Program-made: the position numbers and the translations under genes
Virus record (IMG/VR): IMGVR_UViG_3300035698_016128
Location: 1 to 64,000 of that record
Length of the DNA: 64,000 nucleotides
Origin: a virus
Strand: one strand, 5' to 3'
Notes under the pieces: generated by a model
Seen by the model: the letters and a program-made list of their open reading frames with translations, nothing else
Databases searched by the model: none
What the model was told of the DNA's origin: nothing
Shown here: positions 44,949 through 55,300 of the stretch, piece by piece
Layout: every line of letters starts with the position of its first letter
Numbering within the stretch: the stretch's first letter is position 1

Positions 44949-46274
44949 TTATTCTTTCTTGGTTCTCTCATCGTCTCGCGCCCAAACTGAGTGCGAACCA
45001 CGATACCCTGTTTTATCGTAACGCCACGCCTCAACAGATTTCATTGGCTCACCTATAAGCCCTTTTCTGAAATGCCAAGCATCGACATTACATAGACACG
45101 GATTCCTCCTTATTAAAACGCCATTGGTTGGCACAACACCTTCGTACATTTTTTCCCACCGCTGGTGTTTGTGGCCTACCTGTATTTCCCGATACGTGCT
45201 CTGGCTCCAGACCTCACGTGCCTCTGTGCTGAATGTGATTGCAAGCTGGTTCGGGTTCTTCTCAGCCCCATGGTCAAAGCCGAGCAGGGTGCCGCCATAC
45301 ATGCGGAACTTGCGTGGCATCATGCGAAGGTCGGACGTAACCCTAGGGTCTAGATGAAACCGTTGTTCCAAAGCGGCGATGAGCGAGAAAGAACTCGTTA
45401 TGTCATGATTCCCAGGGATGTATATGAGTTCGATATCATTACAAATCTCCAGCGCTCTCTCCACCATGTAAACAAGACATTTCAGAGCCGCCGTATAAAC
45501 CTTGGCGTAGCGAGTATCAACGTCAAGAAAGTGTTCACCCATGGCGGTCGTCATGCGGACAGAATCAAAATGCATGAAGTCATTACCGATAGGCATGAGC
45601 AGTTTCGTGATGGGATACAGGCGTAACTCTTCAATCATGTCATCAACGGAATTCTTGACGCGGTTGTATGCGATGTTCAAATCATAGTCAGCGCCGACCT
45701 CAGCATTCCACGCATACATTCCAATATGCGCATCCCAAAGCCCCCACGCCACCATATAGCCGTCTTTTTCAAGTTTAGGCACCTTGGTAAGCTTCGGCTT
45801 CGGCATGGGCCTAACGTGGTCCCTGACGAAACCAAGTATTGCGTGCTCCATCTCTTCCGTCATAATCCTCTTGAAGGAACACTTGCTCTGTATAAGCTGT
45901 ACCTTCTGATGACCTTCGCCATCCTTCAGCTTGTAAAAACCCTGCCACGTATTCGGTTTGTAGTACTGAGGAATCCATCTCTTCGGGTCAAGCTTGCAGA
46001 GATCCATCAGCTCTTCAACTGTTGCGGGCCTATCAAGCTTGAGAAGCTCGACGGTGCCGTCAATCTCCGTCCTGTCAATCACCCTTCCTACTCCGCGGTC
46101 AAGGGGCGGCTCGCCTTTAATACCGCCAGTGGGTTGATACTTCTGAATGTACCTTTGGGCCGTTGCAGAACCAATACCAAAGTGCCGTGCAATCTCCCGC
46201 ACAGAAGCTCCGTCGTTTCGCATCTCCACGATTCGCACAATCTGTTCGTCTGGCAGTTTTGGTTTAGGCGGCAT
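44949..46274 (-). CDS. HTH domain fused to a calcineurin-like metallophosphoesterase
   Basis: N-terminal GASVREIARHFGIGSATAQRY HTH; DAHIG, GNDFMH, PGNHD, FDHG and GHKH metal-binding motifs. Confidence 0.85.
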   Translation of the reverse strand: MPPKPKLPDEQIVRIVEMRNDGASVREIARHFGIGSATAQRYIQKYQPTGGIKGEPPLDRGVGRVIDRTEIDGTVELLKLDRPATVEELMDLCKLDPKRWIPQYYKPNTWQGFYKLKDGEGHQKVQLIQSKCSFKRIMTEEMEHAILGFVRDHVRPMPKPKLTKVPKLEKDGYMVAWGLWDAHIGMYAWNAEVGADYDLNIAYNRVKNSVDDMIEELRLYPITKLLMPIGNDFMHFDSVRMTTAMGEHFLDVDTRYAKVYTAALKCLVYMVERALEICNDIELIYIPGNHDITSSFSLIAALEQRFHLDPRVTSDLRMMPRKFRMYGGTLLGFDHGAEKNPNQLAITFSTEAREVWSQSTYREIQVGHKHQRWEKMYEGVVPTNGVLIRRNPCLCNVDAWHFRKGLIGEPMKSVEAWRYDKTGYRGSHSVWARDDERTKKE

Positions 46275-46347
46275 TTAAATCCCCTTCCACATTAAGATTA
46301 ACTCTTTAGGTAGAATACGTACAAGATCTACCTCACGCTACTGTCTA

Positions 46348-46749
46348 TCAATAAAGGCCAAAAATGAAAATCAAAAGCTCCTCAATGGCATCGAGAATTT
46401 CAGTATAATCACCGCCACCCCCGGTACCAGTAAAGAAGTCATCAGCAACGACCACATAACTTTCGCTTTTGCCCCAAAGAAAATACGTGACGTTCGTTAC
46501 TGATACAAGCCACGTGCCTAATGTGTCTGGTGTATATGTAACCTCATAATACCCTGAATCTACAAATTTCTCAATGATCCCGAAATTAATATCCGCAAGA
46601 CTAGTTGAGTCAGTACGCTCGACACCATTCGAATCATAAATGGCAACAACGAAATCACCCTGAGACAACCCGCCAACTAGCGCCCCAGTATCAGGATGAT
46701 TCACACTGAATTCATCTGAACATGTCTGATCAATTAAGGTGTAATTCAT
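46348..46749 (-). CDS. Hypothetical beta-rich (Ig-like) virion-type protein
   Basis: GYYEVTYTPDTLGTWLVSV pattern. Confidence 0.6.
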   Translation of the reverse strand: MNYTLIDQTCSDEFSVNHPDTGALVGGLSQGDFVVAIYDSNGVERTDSTSLADINFGIIEKFVDSGYYEVTYTPDTLGTWLVSVTNVTYFLWGKSESYVVVADDFFTGTGGGGDYTEILDAIEELLIFIFGLY

Positions 46750-46809
46750 TTTGCCACTCTCTTAACTGTCTTTCTCAAACATACAGGTTAAACAACTCCG
46801 CATCAAACC

Positions 46810-48420
46810 TTATTCATAGATAATAGTTGCATTTGAGTTCTGAACAGTTATCGCCAAGGTCAGCCCGTTACTAAAAGGTAAATTTTGGAAATCCAAAGAC
46901 TGCGGCTCTACTTTCTTTTCCAAAGTGCCGGATGACCAAATCTTTGTACCGCTTGCCGCCGTGTTGTCATAGAGAGTGATGATACTACCAGCCACTATCC
47001 CGCCTAATATCATCCCCCTTAAAATACCGGCCCCATTCTTCAACACCAACTCGGCAATGTCTCCTTCCTGGTATTTATACTTCGGAGTGGTCTCCAAATC
47101 ACCAAATCTGAATACCGAAGCCGCAAGTATCTCAAATTGATTATCAACAGCCGAAGTGGTATTTATGTTCTCCATTTTAATCGGTAATGAGTTTGTTGCC
47201 ACCAACGATTCAGTTGTAGATGATATTTTATGAAGTAGCTTTCCATTGACAAAGAACATCACTGCCCTTTCCCAATACCAGATTGTAAAATCTCCCATGG
47301 CAGTGGACATAGGCAGGGCTGATCCGTAATCACCGTTGAAGCTTCCAGAAGCAACGATGTTATCTACGGTAGCCTTCCTTGAGCCTACACCGAAGGTAGC
47401 TCCGCCTACTTGGAAGAAAAAACCATTGTCGTCATCATAAGCACCCATTCTTCGGATATTACCATCAACAGGAGCCGTGACCAATCGCCCAGTAAACTTC
47501 ATCTCGTTGGCGGTTCCAGCCACGTGCCTCGACCTATCTACTGTCTCATATGAGGCAGTACTATCTGTCGCAGCGCTTGTAGACAAAGTTATCTCACCAT
47601 TCTGTGTAACTGCTCCGCCACCCTCTGATGTCTCCCCCCAAAAGTTTGTGTCCTTGACTGTTCCACTGAAACTCGTTCCCAATGTTCTTACTGGATTCAC
47701 CACCTTCAGTTTCCCAAAAGGAGTTACCTTCGCCCTGATGCTACTTATGGGGTCATAAAGAGCAGAAGACGTTTTGGCTCTACCATCTTCTGTCAATTCA
47801 CTTGCCATTGGCACAGCAATCGGGCAAAGAACTCCCTGGAGTCTGAAATATGTAGTAGCCGATGGCCCTGCGTTGGTTACCCGTATTCTCCAGTAAGACT
47901 GCGTCGCCTGAATTGTTTCGCCCCTGCCACCCTTTGTAGCGATGTAATCAAACTCATAAGAGATATCCCAATTGGTAGCATCAGGACTTTGTTCGATATA
48001 AATTATACAGTTCTGATCTGTCTTAAGGCTCCATTGCAAGCCAACTACCCCAAGGGTTGACGAAGCCACGCCGGTAAAGGTCTCCGCACTATCAAGATTA
48101 ACGACACTCGAATTATTAGTATCCGCATAGACAGATTGAACAGCGGAAACACCAAGGTGATACCCACCATCTGCATCAAAGTGTGAATCAATAATGTTTC
48201 CATTCGAATCAACCAGACTGGTCTCCGTTACCCCTCCGCCGGTACCAACTAAGTTCACCGACATAGGGTTTTCTGAATCTATGAAGTTTCCGTTCTCATC
48301 GACTAGACTGGTCTCCGTTACCCCTCCGCCGGTACCAACTAAGTTCACCGACATAGGGTTTTCTGAATCTATGAAGTTTCCGTTCTCATCGACTAGCCGT
48401 ACCAACTTAGGATATGCCAT
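46810..48420 (-). CDS. Multi-domain virion-type protein with a duplicated N-terminal 30-aa unit
   Basis: GGGAGG SD; beta-rich; C-terminal KNGAGIL...TLYDNTAASG...F..GLT domain typical of phage structural proteins (from memory). Confidence 0.7.
   Translation of the reverse strand: MAYPKLVRLVDENGNFIDSENPMSVNLVGTGGGVTETSLVDENGNFIDSENPMSVNLVGTGGGVTETSLVDSNGNIIDSHFDADGGYHLGVSAVQSVYADTNNSSVVNLDSAETFTGVASSTLGVVGLQWSLKTDQNCIIYIEQSPDATNWDISYEFDYIATKGGRGETIQATQSYWRIRVTNAGPSATTYFRLQGVLCPIAVPMASELTEDGRAKTSSALYDPISSIRAKVTPFGKLKVVNPVRTLGTSFSGTVKDTNFWGETSEGGGAVTQNGEITLSTSAATDSTASYETVDRSRHVAGTANEMKFTGRLVTAPVDGNIRRMGAYDDDNGFFFQVGGATFGVGSRKATVDNIVASGSFNGDYGSALPMSTAMGDFTIWYWERAVMFFVNGKLLHKISSTTESLVATNSLPIKMENINTTSAVDNQFEILAASVFRFGDLETTPKYKYQEGDIAELVLKNGAGILRGMILGGIVAGSIITLYDNTAASGTKIWSSGTLEKKVEPQSLDFQNLPFSNGLTLAITVQNSNATIIYE
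48215..48396. repeat. Exact 90-bp tandem duplication (2 copies)
   Basis: 48215-48304 equals 48305-48394 base for base; encodes LVDENGNFIDSENPMSVNLVGTGGGVTETS twice. Confidence 0.95.
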
Positions 48421-48479
48421 TATATGTTTCCTCCCTCTAATGTTTGCGAATGATGATCAGCCCTCATGAACACCCCTAA

Positions 48480-48938
48480 TTAGTCGTACACCAAAAGCCC
48501 CAACTCCAAGTATACCGTTCCAGTTGCATTAACAGAGTCGTTATTGAGAATGTACAGATACAGCTTGTTGTCCTGGATGGTATCGAGATTACGGGCCAGC
48601 AGGAAACCAAAATCGCTATCTATTTCCTGCAAGTTGACATTGACGAGCGTAACAAGCTCGCCTATCGAATTGACCTTGGTGATGTCGTCCACGTTGAGGA
48701 TGGCGATATCGAAATCAGTGGAGTCACATTCGACATTCAAACTGCAAATTCTCACGACCGCTGCATCGCCAGCCAAATCGCCATCAGCATCCGATTGCAT
48801 ACCCGGGATTGGCAATGCAATAAGTTCCGTGCATGCCACGCCAGCGCCTACGCCTGTGGAATCCGAATACATGACCATGGTTGCTCTCGGGTAGTTCTTA
48901 CCTGCTATGACGTTGATTACGGTTGCGGTAACAGACAT
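48480..48938 (-). CDS. Hypothetical beta-rich protein
   Basis: AAGGAG SD; open frame. Confidence 0.65.
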   Translation of the reverse strand: MSVTATVINVIAGKNYPRATMVMYSDSTGVGAGVACTELIALPIPGMQSDADGDLAGDAAVVRICSLNVECDSTDFDIAILNVDDITKVNSIGELVTLVNVNLQEIDSDFGFLLARNLDTIQDNKLYLYILNNDSVNATGTVYLELGLLVYD

Positions 48939-49008
48939 GGTTGATTCTCCTTTGAGTTAATGAAATTCCAATATAAACAACTTCAGCCTATTTAATTATC
49001 TACGCCCC

Positions 49009-49347
49009 TTATTGAGTAATCTCTGGGATATCCGCCAACCTGTCGTTCTTTTCCTGAATAACGATATCCACTCTATCCTGCGCAGTTAATCCTCCTTCTC
49101 GATACACATTTAGCAATTCCCGAATCAACTCCAAATCATGCAAAGATAAATTATTCTTTAGCTGTTGAACCCGTGTAATATCTGCGATAAGCAGATCACG
49201 TTTAGCGATTAAATCAGCCTTAGTCATTACAGTTGAAGATGACCACATCGTATAGGTCAACCCATCAACGCTTGGCTGATAATACATTCCCGCAAAACAC
49301 GGAGACACAAACGATAAAACTAACAAAATCGAAAATAAAGTTCTCAT
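49009..49347 (-). CDS. Small protein with a signal peptide and coiled coil
   Basis: MRTLFSILLVLSFVSPCFA N-terminus; AAGGAG SD. Confidence 0.7.
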   Translation of the reverse strand: MRTLFSILLVLSFVSPCFAGMYYQPSVDGLTYTMWSSSTVMTKADLIAKRDLLIADITRVQQLKNNLSLHDLELIRELLNVYREGGLTAQDRVDIVIQEKNDRLADIPEITQ

Positions 49348-49364
49348 CTTAACTTCTCCTTATT

Positions 49365-52300
49365 TTATGTATCAGATAAATATACAAGAGAGAGCACTCC
49401 ATATATTGCATATAGTGTGGAATTTGATGTGTAGTTCATCACCGCCGGTCTTATGGCAAAAGCATCAGTTGTTGCATCAATATACACTGGAATAGAAACA
49501 GACTCCCAACCAGATCCCTCATGGTTCGTGCATGATCTGCCCCCAAGTTGTGTGCCAGACACATTAATTATGCCAATGCAAATCATATCAGAATCGTCAC
49601 TATTATCATAAGTAAGCGTGAGCGTTCCTCTGTAAATTCCAGCCGTGGTGATTGTAAATACATCGCCGGTCTCAGTAACCCCATTAGCAGCATCAAGGGT
49701 CCATAAAGGTGGTGAAGAGGTTGTAATATGATACCAAACCTTTGAAGAGCTCAGGGTAATATTATTATTTGCACCATTCCCAAACGTTGCAAATGCATGG
49801 CCCTTCTCTGTAACCAATACTTGCCCTGTAATTTCGAGTTCGTCGTTCGTGTCATCCCATATTAAACCGGCATCCCCGCCAAAAGCAGACCCACCATTGT
49901 TGTACTGAATCTGTCCGTCAGTGCCCGCCACTCCGCCAGCGTTATCATCTACGTAACCCTGAGTTACAAACTTATCGTTATCTGCAACTCCAGCAGTAAC
50001 AGAAGCGATTCCATTAAGAAGCCCAAGTTCAGTAGTTGAAATTGTAGCAGACTCGATAATAGCACCAGCACTGGAGACCATCACAAGGTCATTGCCTAAT
50101 GCAGCGCTGGAGTTAGTTCCCCCTTCAGCAATAGCAATATCTGTACCGTTCCATGTTGAAGAAGTGATAGTGCCGAGTACGGCAGATCCGGCAGCAAGCG
50201 CACCCACAATAGTAAGGGCGTCGGTTGCCTTAACGTATGTTAATCCAGCATCACCACCGAAGGAACCAGAATCATTAAACTGTACCTGAGTATCCGCCCC
50301 GCCAGGAGAAGTGGAGCCGCCAGCACTATCGTCCACATATCCCTGGGTTACGAACTTATCGTTATCACCCGCCCCTGTTGAAACAGAAGCAATTCCATTG
50401 AGCAAGCCAAGCTCGGTGGTTGAAATCGTAGCAGACTCAATAATGGCACCAGCACTGGAAATCATCACAAGATCGTTTGCTAATGCTGCGCCCGAATTCG
50501 TACCGCCATCTGCAATAGGTACATCTGTTCCATCTGCACGATAAATGTATTTTGCTCCTATGGTTACTGCCGTAGGAAGATCGGTTCCAAATGCTGGAAC
50601 ACCAGCTCCTGTGGTGGCAAGAATCGAAGAGTTTCCGGTAGCCAGCCCTGCCACTACGTTGGCCCCATTGCTGTAAAGCAACTCAGAAGCACCGTAGGTA
50701 TCAGCAAAGGTTGCGGTAGACCAAGACATGGTACCATCCGCATCAGATTGAAGAACTTGGTTTGCAGTGCCGTTTGCGAGGCTAGTGCCTGTCCCACCAT
50801 CAAGTAGGGGAATGTCTGTTCCGTCTGCACGATAGAGATATTTTGTTCCGATAGTTACTGCTGTAGGGATGTCCGTTCCAATTGCAGGAATTCCGCCTGC
50901 GCCTGTCACTAGAACTCCACTGTTAGCTGTAGCAAGCCCACCTACAATGTTCGCCGTACCTGACCAAAGAATTTCATTTACCGTTGTTGTGGCAGGATAG
51001 GTGGCTGTTGACCACGCCGGAGCTGTGCTTGATCCAGACTGAAGCATTTGCAGGGCTGTTGCGGTAGCCGCAAGCACTTCCATTGAATCAGCATCAGTAT
51101 ATACGATTCCACCGTCACTTGCGGTTAAGTTTTTTGCCGACCCACCGTAGGTAAGACCAACCACATCCCCAGTCCAGGTTGAGGAAGTGACAGTACCGAG
51201 TACAGCGGACCCCGCAGAGAGTGCGCCGACTAAAGTAAGAGCATCGGTCGCCTTGACATATGTTAATCCAGCATCTCCGCCAAAGGACCCACCATCATTA
51301 AACTGCACTTGGGTATCCGCCCCACCGGGAGAAGTAGAACCAGCATTATCATCTACATACCCTTGAGTTACAAACTTGTCATTATCACCTGCCCCGGTAG
51401 AAACAGAAGCTATACCGTTGAGTAGGCCAAGCTCGGTTGTTGAAATTGTAGCGGATTCAATAACGGCACCGGCACTGGAAACCATTACAAGGTCGTTTGC
51501 CAATGCTGCACTCGAATTCGTTCCACCATCTGCAACAGGTACATCTGTACCATCTGCACGATAAAGATATTTAGTTCCTATGGTCACGGCTGTCGGAATA
51601 TCTGTTTCAATAGAAGGAATGTTCCCGGCTGAGGTAACAAGTACACCTGATGCACCAGCAGCGATACCGCCTACAACATTAGCAGACGAACCGAACAGGA
51701 TCTCATTCACACCAACAGCCGTAGGGTATGTAGCCGTTGACCATGTAGGAGCAGTGCTTGAACCTGACCTAAGTATTTGCCCTGCCGTTGCAGTTGCGGC
51801 GAGTACTTCCAATGAATCAGCATCCGAATATATTATTCCACCATCACTTGCGGTCAAGCCCTTATTCGTTCCACCATCAGCCAGCGGTACATCTGTTCCA
51901 CCCGCACGGTAAATATAACCGGCCCCAATGGTCACTGCCGTAGGAAGGTCCGTTCCCAATGAGGGAACACCGCTTCCATCCGTTGCCAGAATCGAAGAAT
52001 TTCCAGTAGCCAGTCCCGCTACTATATTGGCACCGTTACTGTAGAGAAGTTCACTTGCGCCGTAAGTATCAGCAAAGGTAGAAGTGGACCAAGACATGGT
52101 ACCATCTGCATCGGACTGAAGAACTTGATTTGCAGTACCATTTGCAAGAGATGTTCCCGTACCACCATCTAACATTGGAATATCTGTCCCCCCTGTACGG
52201 TAAATATAACCAGTTCCGATGGTTACCCCCGTGGGGATGTCGGTCGCTATTGAGGGAACTCCCGCAGCACTCGTTATCAGAATCCCACTGTTAGCCGTAG

Positions 52301-55300
52301 TAAGGCCAGCCACAATGTTCGCCGTACCTGACCAAAGAATTTCATTTACCGTAGTGGTGGCAGGATACGTTGCGGTAGACCATGCAGGTGCGGTACTTGA
52401 CCCCGACCGTAATATTTGTCCCGCTGTTGCGGTCGCCGCCAATACCTCCATTGAATCAGCATCAGTATATACGATTCCACCGTCACTTGCAGTCAAATTC
52501 TTTGCTGATCCGCCGTAGGTAAGACCAACTACATCCCCAGTCCATGTCGAGGAAGTGACAGTACCGAGTACAGCAGAGCCAGCAGAAAACGCACCGACTA
52601 AAGTAAGGGCATCGGTAGCCTTGACGTATGTTAATCCGGCATCTCCACCGAAGGATCCACCATCATTAAACTGAACTTGAGTATCGGCACCACCAGGAGG
52701 TGTAGCCGTAACGCTATCATCTACGTAACCCTGAGTTACAAACTTATCGTTATCTGCTACTCCTGCGGTAACAGAGGCGATTCCATTAAGGAGTCCAAGT
52801 TCAGTCGTTGTGATTGTAGCAGACTCGATAATAGCACCGGCACTAGAAATCATTGCAAAATCATTTGTTAATGCAGCGCTTGAGTTTGTACCACCATCAG
52901 CCACAGGAACATCCGTTCCGCCTGCTCGGTATAGGTACGCCGCGCCAATGGTGACCGCCGTAGGAAGGTCAGTTCCCCACGCTGGAACACCAGCTCCTGT
53001 GGTAGCAAGAATCGAAGAGTTTCCGGTAGTAAGGCCAGCCACTACGTTCGCACCATTGCTATAGAGAAGTTCGCTCGCCCCGTAGGTATCAGCAAAGGTT
53101 GCGGTAGACCAGGACGCAGTGCCATCAGCATCAGAGTTGAGAACCTGATTTGCTGTACCGTTTGCAAGAGATGTTCCCGTACCGCCGTCCAACAACGGAA
53201 TGTCAGTGCCGTCTGTACGATAGATGTATTTGGCTCCTATGGTAACTGCTGTAGGGATGTCCGTTGCTATGGAAGGCACTCCGGCGGCACTCGTTATTAA
53301 AACCCCACTGTTAGCTGTAGCAAGACCAGCCACGATGTTTGCTGTACTAGACCATAAGATTTGATTCACCGTAGTGGTAGCCGGGTAAGTGGCTGTTGAC
53401 CATGCAGGTGCGGTACTTGTGCCAGACTGAAGCATTTGCAGGGCTGTTGCTGTTCCTGCCAGCACCTCCATTGAATCAGCATCAGTATATACGATTCCAC
53501 CGTCACTTGCGGTTAAGTTTTTTGCCGACCCACCGTAGGTAAGACCAACCACATCCCCAGTCCAGGTTGAGGAAGTGACAGTGCCAAGAACAGCGCCCGT
53601 AGAAGTAAATGGACCTGCGATGGTAAGGGCATCGGTTGCCTTGATGAAGGTCATCCCGGCATCACCAGCAAAAGACCCGGCATCGTTGAACTGTACCTGA
53701 GTGGTCGCACCACCAGGAGGCGTAGCCGTAGCGCTATCATCAACGTATCCCTGGGTTACAAGCGCCGCGTTGTCTCCGGCACCCGTGGAAACAGAGGTCA
53801 TGCCGTTAAGAAGCCCAAGTTCAGTCGTTGAAATTGTAGCAGACTCGATAATAGCACCGGCACTAGAAACCATAACAAGGGAGTTCGACAGGGCCGCACT
53901 GGAGTTTGTCCCACCATCTGCGACAGGTACATCGGTTCCGCTGGCACGATAAAGATACGCAGAGCCAATGGTCACCGCAGTCGGAAGATCGGTTCCCCAG
54001 GCCGGAATACCAGCCCCCGTGGTTGCCAGAATTGAGGAGTTCCCGGTAGTCAGCCCTGCTACTGCGTTGGCCCCATTGCTGTAAAGCAACTCACTTGCCC
54101 CGTAGGTATCGGCAAAAGTTGATGTAGACCAAGAGGGAGCCGCGCTCGTTCCTGACCTAAGCATTTGACCAGCGGTTGCTGTACCTGCCAGCACTTCCAT
54201 GGAATCAGCATCAGTATATACGATTCCGCCATCACTTGCAGTTAAGCTCTTGGCTGTACCGCCCTTTGTCAAAGCCAAGGGGTCTACAAGACCGATAGTG
54301 ATTGTGCCATCCCCATCATCGGCAATATCAATCTCAGAAGCAGTACCCGTTACCCAAGAGTTAAGATCAGTAGAAGTTACATCGCTCGAACCATTCGAAG
54401 CCATTAACCTAGAGGCTGTAAGCACAGAAAGAGTAAGAACATCAGTAGCTTTATCGTACACCATACCAGCATCGCCACCGAAGATTCCACCATCATTAAA
54501 CTGTACCTGCGTATCAGCCCCGCCAGGAGAAGTAGGGCCAACATTATCATCTACATATCCTTGAGTTACAAATTTATCGTTATCAGCCGCCCCAGTTGTA
54601 ACAGAAGCTATACCGTTGAGTAAGCCAAGTTCAGTCGTTGTGATTGTAGCGGATTCAACAATTGCCCCGCCACTAGAAATCATTGCAAAATTATTGTTTA
54701 ACGCCGTGCTTGAATTAGTACCGCCATCAGCAACGGGAATGTCTGTGCCGCCTGCGCGGTAGAGGTACGCCGTGCCTATAGTGACTGCCGTGGGAAGATC
54801 AGTACCCCATGAGGGGACTCCACTTCCGTTCGTCGCCAGAATCGAAGAGTTACCTGTAGCCAACCCCTCCACAGTATTCGCGGTATTGCTATAAAGCAAT
54901 TCACTTGCACCGTAGGTATCAGCATGGGTCGCCGTGCTCCATGCTCCTGCTACCGCACCGTCAGAGCGCCACATTTCCCCTGCGGAACCTGCGGAAGATA
55001 TGAAATATTGACTTACATCAGTTCCAGCGAGCAGAAGTGCGCCAACAGAAATATTGAAATTCTGTGGGGAAACAAGGTTGCCGGTACCAGTAGCAATCAC
55101 ACCATCCGTCTTATTATGGGTAAATGACAACCACTGATCGGTAGCAACATCGTCCGCGGTGGCCGAGTGCAGGAATATAGTAGTATCTGGCGACAACGTA
55201 TCGTGCCCATACTTCTCATCGTACGCTTGCCCATCAACGAAGATAATATTCCTATTTCCCTTTCCATCTGAATAGCCTGGATAAATATAGGCTCCCTCAT

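Noticed and set aside
48215-55000. Repeats as a possible CRISPR array
   Set aside because: All are in-frame coding repeats without unique spacers, and no cas-like genes were seen.
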